A stretch of 64,000 nt of DNA, taken from the NCBI GenBank assembly GCA_030265395.1, contig JARFYF010000050.1, positions 38,344,457-38,408,456 on the forward strand, written 5' to 3'. The notes beneath the pieces were generated by a model. That model saw only the letters and a program-made list of their open reading frames with translations. It was not told the DNA's origin and ran no database searches. Source of the stretch: Rhina ancylostomus. Taxonomy: Eukaryota. Both the position numbers and the translations under genes were made by a program. Below are positions 13,020 to 24,799 of the stretch, one piece after another. Numbering within the stretch: the stretch's first letter is position 1; each line of letters begins with the position of its first letter.

Positions 13020-13680
13020 AGAAAATATTGAAAATATTGAGCGAGTCAGACAGCTTCTGTGGAGGGAGAAACAGAGCTGATGTTTCAGGTCAAGGTCTTT
13101 CATCAGAATCGGGAGAAATTAAAGATAAAGCAAATTTTAAATTGCAGAGAAAGGAAGAAGAGTGAAGAGGGTTTAGAGAAAGGTTTATGATACAGTATAT
13201 ATCAGAAAAATGTAAATGACAAGCAGTAACAGAGCAGGAGAAAAAGGTAGGTGAAAGAATTAGTGAATGACAAAAGGTAGGCTTGAATGTAACACAAGTA
13301 AAACAATGATCTGAAATTACCAGAAAAGAGGAAAAAAAACATTTTAGCAGGAAATGTGACTGGCTGGTTGTCTGAAATTGTTAAATTCGGCGTAGAGTAT
13401 GGCAGGTTGCTACATGCTCAGTCAGAAGATGGTTACTATGCCTTGTGCTTACTTTGGCTTTGTTGGAACAGTGTAGGAGGCCAAAGACAGAAAAGTCAAA
13501 GACAGGATCAGTTGAATATTAAAGTGATGGGAAACTTGACGGTCAAGGTCATGCATGCGGACCAAACAGAAGTGTTCTGCAAAGCGGTGATACAACTGTG
13601 AGCAGCGACTCTTCCAAGTCAAAAGAAGTGCGAGTGATTCTGAATGGATTTCTGAACAGATTTCTGAACAGTCCATAAAC
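13020..13680 (-). mobile_element. Penelope-like element 3' remnant with hammerhead-type repeat
   Basis: The minus ORF contains RFAEH...QVSHHFN (GIY-YIG tail). CTGATGA...GAAAC motif at 13075-13110. Confidence 0.6.
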
Positions 13681-15319
13681 CCTTGACCACCACCTCATTA
13701 TTTCTCTTTTGCATTATTTGTATATTTTTGTAAATTATAGTAATTTTTGTGTCTTACACTGTACTGCTGCCGCAAAACAACAAATTTCACGACATATGTC
13801 AGTGATGATAAACCTGATTCTGATTTCCTGCTTCATCTGAAAGCAGGGTTTGGGTCTTTGGACATTTGAGAAAGATTGAGTGAAAGACCAAGTTTGACAT
13901 CCCCTGCTGTTGCACAGAGAGGTGCCCTAAGAAAGGGAATAAAAACAGGTTAAGTCCAACTTCCTGGGCCAAATGTCTGTCCAGTTACATATGCCACACC
14001 GCACACCCTTTCAGCCTATATAATTCACTTGGTAGCAAATTATCATAATCAATACACTGTGCAGTCATTAGAGAAACACAGTAAAGCAGCAGCTTAAAAT
14101 GCAATAGGCAAAGTTAGAAATCAAGTTCAGGCATCCAAAATGTTAAATAGTCATTCTGCAAGAAATTCTTTGAAGTTCAACACAATTACACAACGAAGTT
14201 TTGATTGGTGACAGAGGGGGTGGACAAGTGCTGCAGGCTATATGTACTAAACATGCAGCTACTTGGAATTACTCTGTTTGGCACACAATATGGAGTACAA
14301 TAGAAAGTAACAGATCAGAAATGATGATAGTTCCTGACATTGCAAACCAATTAAGTTTAGATAAATGAGTCACTCTGACATAAGAGCATTGTAGTTGTTA
14401 AAGAGGGTGAGCAGAAGATCTGGAATTGTATGTGGCTTCAACATGTCTCATTGGCAACTTTCCCCTGCACTGGCACAGCCACATGCAGCTTGAAGCATGT
14501 CAACCAGTGGCATGGAATGGGAGCTAATGAACAAGCTTTTGCCACCCCTGCAACAAAGCAGCTTTAGCAGAGAATTAGAGGTTACAGCAGGGAAGGAGAC
14601 CATCTGGCTTATCTCGCATGAACAAATTCATAACATATACCAGCTCTTTACTTAAATGAGTTATGAGCTTAAATTACTCCATGCTATGAATGTTTTTTTT
14701 ATGTAAAGGGATTTCTCCACATTCTGAGTAACAATTTTTAAAATAACAGCCTCTTCTTACTGATTGCTCAGGAGTGAAAAAATGTCCTCAGTCAGCATTA
14801 TGAAGATGCAATATTGTGGCCATTCTGCAGTATCCAGTCCTTCCCAAATTCTATTCTATTGAATTATCTGATTTAGGATAAATTTCTTATATTATTAATT
14901 GTGGTCAAAACCCTTCATAATTTGTAAAAAGCTCTTTATATTAACTCTCTTTATTGCCTTTTCAGCGCCAGTGAAAATAATCACAATACTTCCTATAAAC
15001 TGTAGTTTCCCAACTTGAAATTATTGTGATAATCTACATTGGTTGCTTTCAAAGAATTTACTGTCTTTTTGATGAAGGGATCTCCCATCTGGGACAACAG
15101 TGCTCTAACTGCAAAATCATTTCAGCCTTGAAACTTCTTGTTCTTGTACTCTACGATGACAGTGATAAAACACAGAACGTTTGCCTTTTTCCCTAACCTG
15201 TCATTATCTCCCTGAAATCTTTGACACAATACTGTGAGATGATTTGAATCATTCAGCCTGCTATTGTGAGGAGTTGAGAAGGCTGTCTACTTGGTATCCC
15301 TGCAAACCACAATATGGAA

Positions 15320-15960
15320 GAGACAATTAACCATATCTGTACAGTAGTGGAATGATAGGAACTTTGCATTGTAATCTGGCAGCACATAATGACTGTAGTA
15401 TCTGCATTTCCCAAGCCCTCATGAATACTTGGACCTCTGCCTTTGAGACCTTTGGTTCAAATGTAGAGTCACCCGTGGTTTCTAGCTTCAGCCAATCAGC
15501 AATCCTGGAATAGGAGGACCTTAAGGTCAAGATTAACAGACTTCACTGTGGCACAGAAAGTCTGCTCAGAGGTGACGGAGTTCCCAGCAGCAGTTGTGTG
15601 CCTGGTTAGGCATGGATGAGGCTATTTTCTCTCAGGCACATAAACCAGCCTTTGCAGACAGTTATACTAACATGCAAGCGGAATGCCTAAATTTGAGCCA
15701 TCCAACTTTCAGCTAGCTGGTACTTTTATTCATTCCCAGACAATTCCCATGTATCTAAAGTTTGCTTTCTTTCTTCTCATTGTCAGCTTTTACTAAGGCA
15801 TCCTTGTGGCTATTTGCTGATGTTACTTTTACTTTGCTTTCCTCCAAGCTAACTTGTAGTCCATGTGTTTAAAGCCTCCTGCAAACATTCTGTTATTTCC
15901 TTCAGCTTTTCAGTAGCTCCAGGTATTAGATCATAGTGCCAGCACACATCTATTCAATGT
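15320..15960 (-). mobile_element. Ancient non-LTR retrotransposon RT remnant (RTE-like)
   Basis: Frameshifted GATEKLKEITECLQEA/HGLQVSLEESKVKV resembles the post-YADD region (YGLxINxxKTKVM), with a downstream AWEMQILQ-like segment. Confidence 0.35.
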
Positions 15961-16689
15961 CAACTGTTCATTAATAATTCCTTTCTAAATGCTCTTTTCC
16001 CTATTGTACCATTTGTAATTGAGCTTGTTAGAGGACTCTTAGTGGTCATGATAATTCACGAGAGAACAGAAAACATTTCCTTCCATGCAATCCCTCAGAA
16101 TCATGAATTTTGTAGGGTTAAGTTTGCAAGGCAAAATTGATTCATTTTTCCTGAGTACTACAGAAAATTTGGCAATGTTGTTCCTTAGAATTGAGTAATA
16201 ATTGTTTCTCACGGGTTTAATTTAAAGCGAAATTTTTTTCATGCCATTAATAAAGGTAAATAAAATCTCCCCAGGCACCTCAAATAACTTCCTGTCTGTC
16301 AAAGTCAGGTGTTCAGCACAGAAAAAAGCTTTGAAAAATACACATCTCAAAGGTGACTAAGAGAACAGGTGTAATCCCATGACCCACCTATGGAATGCTT
16401 GCATGGACGCAGCCCTTAATATTAATCATATGGCTCTGTCGAGGCCTTTTGACTAGAAATGCATTTTATTGTCTGAACTTGCAGTAAATGAGAGTCCAGG
16501 TTTTGAAGGTACCTTTGCTGAAACTGATAGTAGTTCCTCATATAACTAACAGCAACTTGGGCATTTCCAAGGACTTGCTCAGCATTGACCAGGTGGGCTG
16601 AATGGTCTCTTTCTTTGCTGTGACCATTGTATGCCTGGGCTTCTGAGCTCCCTCCATCACTGGAATCCTTGAGGAATTCAGGCGGGAGA

Positions 16690-17352
16690 ATCATAGAGTC
16701 ATACGGTACAGAAACAGATCCTTTGGCCCAAGTGGTCCACGCTAAGATTCCCATCTAAGCTAGTCCCATTTGCCTGCATTTGGCCCATATCCCTCAAAAC
16801 CTCTCCTATCCATGTACCTGTCCACATGTCTCCTGAATGTTGTTAATGTGCCTGCCTCAACACTCCCTCTGGCAGCTCATTCCATGTACCCACCACCCTC
16901 TGCGTGAAGAAGTTGCCCCTCAGGTCCCCTTTAAATCTTTCCCCTCTCATCTTAAACTTATGCCACCTAGTTTTTAGTTCCCTTTCCCTGGGAAAAAGGC
17001 CATGTGTGTTCACCCTATCTATGCCCCTCATGATTATATGCACCTCTATAAGGTCACCCCTCGATCTCCTACGTTGCAAGGAATAAAGACCTACCCTGTC
17101 CAACCTCTCCCTCTCACTCAGGCCCCAAAATCCTGGCCGCAGCCTCATAAATCTTCCCCACACTCTTTCCAGTTTAATAACATCCACAGTGTTAAAACTG
17201 TCCACAGTGCTCCAACTGCAGCCTCACCAACGTCTTGTACAACTGCAACATAACGTCCCAACTCCTGTACTCAGTGCCTTACAGATGAAGGCCGGCGTGC
17301 CGAAGGCCTTCTTCACCACCCTGTCTACCTGTGACGCCACATTCAGCGAACT
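16690..17352 (-). mobile_element. CR1 LINE 3' end
   Basis: ERVWGRFMRL...ERLDRVGLYSLQRRRSRGDLIEVHIIMRG...FFTQRVVGTWNELP, followed by the CR1 3'UTR tail. Confidence 0.9.
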
Positions 17353-17836
17353 GTCCTGCTGGGGAAGGAGATCTGTCAGCTTTCCCTGCCTGAACTGTGG
17401 CTGACTCCAGACTACATCCATGTCATTTCATAGTCCATCTTGGGGTTGACAGCAGGACATTCAGTGGTGTGAACTGTGGAACTAGGTACCTTCACCACTC
17501 AGACTGCAGTGGATCCAGAGGTCAATTCACCAGCACTTTCCCAAGGACAGTAGGAATGGGGAATAAATGGACCCTTCACATCACCAGTAGGAATAAAAAA
17601 TAACAGCGATATTAATTTACCCCAGTAAAACAGCAGATGGTGTAAATCTGAAATAAAAACAGAAATTGCTGCAAACTCTCGGCAGGTCAGGCAGCGTCTG
17701 TGGAGAGAGAAACAGAGTTGATGTTTCAGGCCAGAGGTCCTTTGTCAGATTGCTTGCTCTAATGAAGGATCTTTGACCTTGGTTCTCTCTCCACAGATGC
17801 TGGTGGACCTGCCAAGTGTTTTGAGAATTTTCTTTT

Positions 17837-18130
17837 ATATTATTAATTTACCCACGAGTTATCCACAACAATTAACTTCATTATTAATTAATCCCTAATA
17901 TTAAATAATTTGTTATTAACAGTCATCTCTCATTTTATAACTTGCTATTAAATAATCCTAATATTAACATCCATTGATCTTAATATTAATAATCCCAAAA
18001 TTGAATATTAATACAGAATAACTACAATATTAGCAGGCACTCTGTATACACTACCCACAAAAGACATTGCTGACACTACCATAGATATTCATTGAGGCCA
18101 ATATTCAATATTATTAATTAATTCTGACAT
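17837..18130. repeat. AT-rich low-complexity (attaat)n-like tract
   Basis: Repeated tattaat/ttaata words. Confidence 0.6.
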
Positions 18131-18289
18131 CAGATGGCCCCAGATTGAAATAACCCATTCTGAAATCCTGCAGGAGTATTCCATTCATAATTGTACATTT
18201 AGTTAACACCTGTTGCCTCCCCTATCACTTCCCCCTCCCCCTATTAATTCTCGTACAACTTTAAAGACCCTTGCAATCAGTACGTGGGG

Positions 18290-18548
18290 TAACAACGCAC
18301 GCAGATGGCCACACCCTGAGTGCACTAGTACGATAAGATGGACTCTTGACCTCACAATCCACCTCATTGTGGCCTTGCACCTTATTGTCTGTCTGCACTG
18401 CTCTTCCTCTGTAACTGTAACACTTTATTCTGCACTCTGTTATTGTTTTCCCCTTGTACTACCTCGATCCACTGAGGTAATAAATTGATCTGTATGGATG
18501 GCATGCAAAACAATGTACCTTGATACATGTGACAATAATAAACCAATT
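18290..18548 (+). mobile_element. Rex1/Babar LINE 3' tail
   Basis: Close match to 43190-43390 (gatggactcttgacctcacaatc...gcaccttattgtc), ending gtgacaataataaacc. Confidence 0.7.
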
Positions 18549-18689
18549 CACATTTTACACTTATCACTGAGTCTGCAATTCACCAAATCCTTGTACTATT
18601 GTCCCCTAGAGATAATCTGATTTCCCAGACGTAGCAGTGTGCTGAAATCACAAAGTGTTGCCACCATCCTGTGCAGCAACCCACAGAGA

Positions 18690-19520
18690 CCTAGAAATAC
18701 CCCTCCCTGTCCCCAGCTACTTGCCCCTGCAACCATAGGTGGTGTAACTCCTGTCCCTTCACCTCCTCCCTCACCACCACCCAGGGACCTAAACAGCCCT
18801 TCCGGGAGAGGCAGAGATTCCCATGCACCTCCTCCATCCTGGTCTGCTGCTCTCGGTGCTCCTGATGTGGTCTCCGCTGCCTCGGTGAGACCCAGTGTAG
18901 ACTAGGTGACTGTTTTTAAGAGTACCTGCACTCTGTTTGCAGTGGCCATCCCGAGCTTCTGGGTGCGTGTCACCTCACCTCCCCTCCCCACTCCCACACC
19001 ACCGGTGTGCCCTTGGCCTTCACCACTGCCACAGTGAGGCCAAACACAAACTAGAGGAACAACACCTCATATTCCAACCCAATGGTGTGAGCATTGAATT
19101 TATCAGTTTCAGGTAACCCGTGCCCTCTGTGTCCTTTCTCACTCCCACCGATCCACCCGGAGACTCTCTCCATTTGTCCACCTCTTCCCCTAGCCTCCCG
19201 TTACCCAGATTCACTACTGCCCCCACCTGTTCCATCTGCCCATCTCCCACTCACCTGCTACTTCTTGGCCTACCCTTCCTATCCCCTCCCCCACCTGGTT
19301 CCATCTGTCCATAATCCCTCTCTTGTCTGTTTCTGCCTATCAGCTACCAGCCCCCCGTCTCACCCCTCCATATACTTTCTGCCTTCCCCTCTACACTCTC
19401 AGTCCTGACGTCGGGTCTCGACCTGAAACGTCGACCGTCCCGACTGTCCCACAGGTGCTGCCTGGCCCACTGAGGAAGTTTGGTCTTTGCTCCTGATTCC
19501 AGTATCTGCAGTCTCATGTG
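18690..19520 (+). mobile_element. Penelope-like element 3' remnant
   Basis: GIY-YIG tail (SEAKHKLEEQHLIF), a pyrimidine-rich tail and a terminal hammerhead-type repeat at 19401-19436. Confidence 0.7.
19401..19436 (+). ncRNA. Minimal type I hammerhead ribozyme-like motif (Penelope terminal repeat)
   Basis: agtc-CTGACGT-c-gggtc(tc)gacct-GAAA-c-GTC-gacc: a CUGANGA-like box with one mismatch, a stem II hairpin, the GAAA box, a GUC cleavage triplet and a short stem I. Confidence 0.55.
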
Positions 19521-21179
19521 TCTCCTTCCATTGTCCTTGGTGAAGTGCCTGGGGCTGTTCACTCTTCGCTGAGGGGGAAATGAATCCTTCTCACACTAGA
19601 CCTCCATCCCACCACCTCCTCGTTCTTGCTCTCATACCCTTCCACGTACCGCACTTCATCCTGCAGAGGCTGCCGGCAGACTGTGAAATACTCCAATCAC
19701 CTCCCTCAACTCCCCACCAACAAACCTCCATGTGATTGGAAATCCCTTTAAATGGAGATGTTCTTACTGCAGTTAAATGCTGCATTCCCAATGCAAGCCA
19801 TTTGTTGCAATTTGGCAGCATTGGCATCAAATCGTGGGGCACTGACAGTGCGATCTGCCTACTCTGCAGCTTCAGGCACTGCCTTCCCGCTAGGCAGGTG
19901 GCACAGACCACTCCCCATCGTACATCACAAACCCGCATTCAAACTATACCAAAGCTTTGTGGCCATGGAGTGCAGCATGCAGATTTTCTCCTGGTACCCT
20001 GGGAAGACTACACTTGCCTCAGAGTACATTCACATTGACAACGTGGGTTTCACCGGGTGCTCCAGTTTCCTCCCGTATCCTGTGGTGGGTTAACTTACTC
20101 CGGGTGTAGCTGGGTAGTCATAGAATGGGCATGTGAGGGAGTGGATTACCGGGAAATAAAATGGGGCTATGGGACTGATGGGAATGCTGAGCTGGCATGG
20201 ACTTGATGGGCTGAATAGCCTCCTGTGTTACGAGAAGTGTGAAATAAATCTGAAATGTGGAGAAGTTTCGTCGTTGAAAAGGTTCGTGAACATTGGAGTT
20301 CTGTACCCAGGAGAGCTGTGGATTGCAGTCAAATCTGACAAAAAAGGGATTGAGTAATAATTTATGTGGAAGATCCCCCATGATCTTTGGAACAGGCTGA
20401 GGGGCAGAATGGCCTACTGCTGCTCCTCACACTGACCATGGCTCGTAACCTGGTCCATGGGGCACGCACACACCAGTCCTGGGTAATTCACGCCGGCCAC
20501 ACACACACTGCCCATCGATCCCTGCACCATTGTTCTCAAATTCACAGATCTAAGCAGAATCATCCGCTCACTAATGTACTGACCCACGGCACACTGGACG
20601 TGTACTTGGGAATAAAATTGGAACCCAATCTAATGCCCCACCTACAGTTGGATGCCGTCAGGTGACGGGGCTTTACTGTACAGTCTGTCTGTACCCCTCA
20701 GCCCCCTTTGTATTACTCTCTTTCTTTCTTCCTGTCTCCCTGGTTTGATTATTCTCTCCCCCTTCCATCCTCTCTCTGCCTCTGTGTCCTCTTTCTCAGG
20801 GTCTTTAACTCTCTTTTCAGTGTGATTCACTCGATATCGGTCTCCGTGTGTGTGTTTCCCTGACTCCATCTCCATTATTTGTGACCTCCGTCTTTATAAC
20901 TCTGAACCTTCCAGGTCCTTTCACTGCTCTGTATTTCCATTACCCCCTTTACTGTCTCCTATACCACACATGTGCTTTCTGCCTGCCTTTCCCTCTCTCT
21001 CTCTGCCTCTCTCTGATCGTCCCAGTAATATGTTAAAAGAAACATCCTGTATTGAATATTTCCAAGCGAATGAATGCTTTAAAACAAGACACATGGGAGA
21101 ACTTGCTGAGTGTGGTGACTGTGGTCTCATGGGGAAGATTAGTGGTCAGACTTCAAAGAGTGTCTTTTCTTGCCATCAG

Positions 21180-21300
21180 GCTCCATTACGTCCTGGGTCG
21201 GTCAGCGTCTCATCCTGGAGGACGGGCACCAGATTCTGAAGACCATGTGGCTGTTGAGATCTCCAGTTGCCAGCCTACAAGACGACTGGAAGTCGACAAG
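21180..21300 (+). CDS. Avidin-family biotin-binding protein, penultimate exon
   Basis: Strong acceptor (tcttttcttgccatcag) and donor (AG|GTGAGC); 121 nt. Encodes (G)SITSWVGQRLILEDGHQILKTMWLLRSPVASLQDDWKST(R), matching the avidin signature GQ..G...LKTMWLLRS.....DDWK.TR. Confidence 0.9.
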
Positions 21301-21489
21301 GTGAGCCTTCACATTGAGCTGTCCAACCCTGGGATCCCTGTAGCGAGCACTGATGGGATCCCATACTGACGTGTGAGCACTGATTCAATTTTCAAAGATT
21401 TGGGAGGAAAGAAATTGTTATGGTGAAGTGAAGTTTTGCCCTGTGGGGAACACAAGGAAACCGTTGATTCCAGTGCTCAGTACTTAACA

Positions 21490-21770
21490 TGGATTTAAAA
21501 TAATGGGTGGGAAGTTCAGGGGAGATGTCAAAGGGAGGATTTTTAACCCAGAGAGTGGTTGGTGCATGAAATGCGCTGCCTGGGGTGGTGGTGGAGGCAG
21601 ATACGTTGGTCAAGTTCAAGAGATTACTAGATAAGAAAATGGAGGAATTTAAAATAGAGCGATACGTGGGAGGAAGGGGTTAGATAGTCTTAGGTGTGCT
21701 TTGCAGGTCAGCGCAACATGGTGGGCTGAAGGGCCTGCATTGTGCTGTATTGTTCTATGGTTCTATGGAA
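21490..21770 (+). mobile_element. CR1 LINE 3' end, in the avidin last intron
   Basis: ttttaacccagagagtggttggtgcatgaaatgcgctgcc...gggctgaagggcctg...ttctatggttctatg tail. Confidence 0.8.
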
Positions 21771-22197
21771 ACAAAGACACAAACTTAAAATCAGAACCAA
21801 AATACTGCAGGTGCTGGAATTTTGAAATAAAACAGAAATACTTGGGAGGTCAGGCAGTATCTGTGAAGAAATAGGGTAAATATTTCGAGTTGATGATCTT
21901 TCGTTAGAATCTGGTAAAATCAAAGGCTGATCGTTGAAGATACTTCCCTCCTGCAAAAGCTGAAACAAATGTGGAGTTCCCGCCCAGAAAAATCATTGTG
22001 TGTTGCTCAATCAACAACCTCAAACCTGGAACTGGTTGGTAAATTTTTGCTCCGTTACAATGTGAAGGGAGCCTGAGCCGCAGTACAGATCAGTCATGGT
22101 CTCATGGGTGGTAGAACAGGCTGGAGGGTTTGAACGGTCTCCTTGTGCTGTGTGATATTGAAATAACCTACTCACTTTTACTTCTTGCTTTTCCAAG

Positions 22198-22258
22198 AAT
22201 TGGACAAGACACTTTTCTCCAAACCACAAGGGATGTCCTGTCAAAGAATCAACATTAA
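22198..22258 (+). CDS. Avidin-family protein, terminal exon
   Basis: Pyrimidine tract and ttccaag acceptor, phase 2 consistent. Encodes (R)IGQDTFLQTTRDVLSKNQH-stop, matching the final avidin strand (VG.N.F / MGEDIF). Confidence 0.85.
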
Positions 22259-22313
22259 TCTCTCAAACCTTAGCACGGACCCATCAAACTCCTGACCTGC
22301 AGATGTGATTTTC

Positions 22314-22319
22314 AATAAA
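22314..22319 (+). terminator. Polyadenylation signal of the avidin-like gene
   Basis: AATAAA 55 nt after the TAA stop. Confidence 0.7.
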
Positions 22320-22607
22320 GCAGTTAGAAATGCCAGTGTTTCATGGAGTGTGCTGTCTGATCCATAACTCACATCGCTCATGGTAATGGACCGGCTGCTT
22401 TGTCCCAGGGCATTAGCTACTTCTCGAGGTTCACTGTAATCCAGGAAGGTTTAGTGAAGTGCCACTGATTGACACGACATGACAGACTGTGGCTCCCACT
22501 GTCACTTNNNNNNNNNNNNNNNNNNNNNNNNNNNNNNNNNNNNNNNNNNNNNNNNNNNNNNNNNNNNNNNNNNNNNNNNNNNNNNNNNNNNNNNNNNNNN
22601 NNNNNNN

Positions 22608-22765
22608 GGGGTACGATGTAGTGCAGGAACACGGGGGTAATGGGGTGGGGTACGATGTAGTGCAGGAACCCGGGGGTATTGGGGTGGGGTACGATGGAGT
22701 TCCAGAACACAGGGGTATTGGGGTGGGGTACGATGGAGTGCAGGAACACGGGGGTAATGGGTTGG
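22608..22765 (+). repeat. 39-bp G-rich minisatellite (at least 4 copies, abutting a gap)
   Basis: Unit ggggtacgatgtagtgcaggaacacgggggtaatggggt; tacgat recurs at 22612, 22651, 22690 and 22729. Confidence 0.9.
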
Positions 22766-24119
22766 CAGAGGAATTGGTGTGGGTGGGTGGTGGTGAATTA
22801 GCCAGAAGTTTGTACTATCAGAGTGGGTGGGGTTACGTGCTGGAGAAACGTGATAATGAAGCGGGCAGTGATGTGGTGATGGGGGTTCGTCGTACTGATC
22901 TGTAGGGTGATGGAGTTCAGGAAGATGAGGTTCATGGTTGGAGGATATGAACAAAGATAATAGAATGTTTGCAGTCCCTCAGACCCTCCAGTACCTTCCA
23001 TCGTTGTGTTCGCCTTGTCAACATTCATGCAGTGCAAGAAAAGTGTATGAATTCAAGAGCGGCATGCAGGAAGACAGTCATTGCACAGCCCCCTGTATCC
23101 ATGCTGACTAAGTACCTGTTAAAGTCGACCCATGCTCTGTAATAAACCAGAGAACAGCATCAATTGATTAATAATGTGGCCAAAAACAATGAGAATGACC
23201 CCGGGGACCCACTGTCAGGCATGGTGACCCTATTCTTGTGGAAGATGAGGGTGAGGAATTGGAAGATTCCCTGTGGGATAGACTCCCCCCGTGTGCCCCC
23301 CCCAGGGATTCCAGGCTTTCCCACCGTGGGGACTTGTACCTGCACCTCGTGGTGCAGAGTAATTAACCCAGCCTCCCGTCAGAGACGAGCAAGGAGCAGG
23401 ACCCCCGAGCAAAGAGGGAGAGAAACCTCTTTTCTCCCCAGATGGAAACAAAGATCCAGTTGGACAGGGCAAAACCCCGAGATCTCTTTCCCCTCTGTTG
23501 TGCTGTATTGAATCCTGAAGAGAACATTAAGTGGAAGGCAGCAATGCTGCTTCCTGCATGAGGGGGACATCCTATTGATACTTCTGAAGATTTAAATCAG
23601 CAAAATGATAATCCGAATCAACAAGTTAATATCATGTTGACAGCTCTCTCAGAGAGTTTGAAAAGACCAATCGACATGAGTAAGTTGTGGCATGTAAACC
23701 TACTTTTACAGAGGACTTTTGGGAATGCTTTACTACAGCACATCAGACATATGCTGGGGATTGGGCTTACAAAAGGGTCGCTCGAATATTTTTAATGAAC
23801 TGCCACCACTGCGCAGGGATACCTTCTTTAATTGTGGGCGAGAAGGACACTGGCGACGGGACTGTCCCATTAGTTACCAGGAGAATATGGACGACAGGCA
23901 CAAGAGAAGGAAGGCACCCTTCACCACTAACAACCCCTACAGACAGTGACTTAGGTCGCAAGAAAGGCCCACACGTTACCTTTCATCATCACATCAAATC
24001 TGGGTTGTAATTTGGCTGGGACTTGCTCAGATGACTTGAATTGGAAATACTGTGCACCGATAGGGGGGTCTATGTGAGTTCGCCCTCTGTGCAGCCACAA
24101 GCCATAGTGGCAGTCAGCC

Positions 24120-24500
24120 CTCCCCAGTGGTGGTCAGTAGATCTTCCTCCAGCACTGCGCTCTTCTGACCTGCCGAACCCTCATGTCATCCTGTGCTATG
24201 ATCCCACTGGTCACGACTGGGAGAAAGAGCACTTCTATCAGCTGTATGAAGGACACACGGTTAATGTACGCTTGACCGGGAAAGTTGAGGGATGGCAGGG
24301 AACAACCCTGATGGCAGAAGTGCCAGAGATGATGTGGAAGCAAATGGGATTAATCCATCCACATGTTACACTCACTGTTAATAAGGGACATATGGCTAAG
24401 GAGCTTGGTGTCTTGACCCAATGTTTGGTGAATCTTGCTGATCCTAATTTGACCACTAAGCAGGAGTTCCCTCAAGGTGCGTTGACCTACTGGACGACCA
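24120..24500 (+). pseudogene. 2H-phosphoesterase (CNPase-like) domain within the ERV pol
   Basis: Two H-x-T-type motifs 60 aa apart: PHVIL (His at 24182; ATC is one transition from ACC/Thr) and HPHVTLTV...AKELG (His at 24362). Located between protease and RT. Confidence 0.7.
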
Positions 24501-24799
24501 ATCAAGAAGTTTTTGGCATATTGAAACATCACCGGTCACAGGACAGGATGGAAGTTCCGATGAGGTCTGGTCTGCATGTCCGACGAGGTAGGAAAACCCA
24601 TCTGTGCGCTGGTACGCACGTCAGTAAAACTCAACGTCCAGCAACCGTCTATACCACAGGACCCTTTGAAGCCTAAAGTACATGAAGGCAACTTACAACT
24701 GTTAACCCAGCTTCTTTTCCGACACAGCCAGCCCCTGAGATTTCAGAGCCTGATCATGACTGTCTGCAGAGAAATCATTTCCTAATTTTGGCTCCTGAG

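Noticed and set aside
15327-15530. Minus-strand ORF as an exon of a host gene divergent from MRPS7
   Set aside because: No recognisable protein, weak donor, and adjacent to LINE RT-like remnants.
16480-16550. AVNESPGFEGTF as avidin exon 2
   Set aside because: Short chance-level similarity, flanked by stops, with no W.N.LGS or TAV motifs.
19563-19590. SSLRGK* resembling avidin CSLTGKW
   Set aside because: No acceptor site and no continuing similarity.
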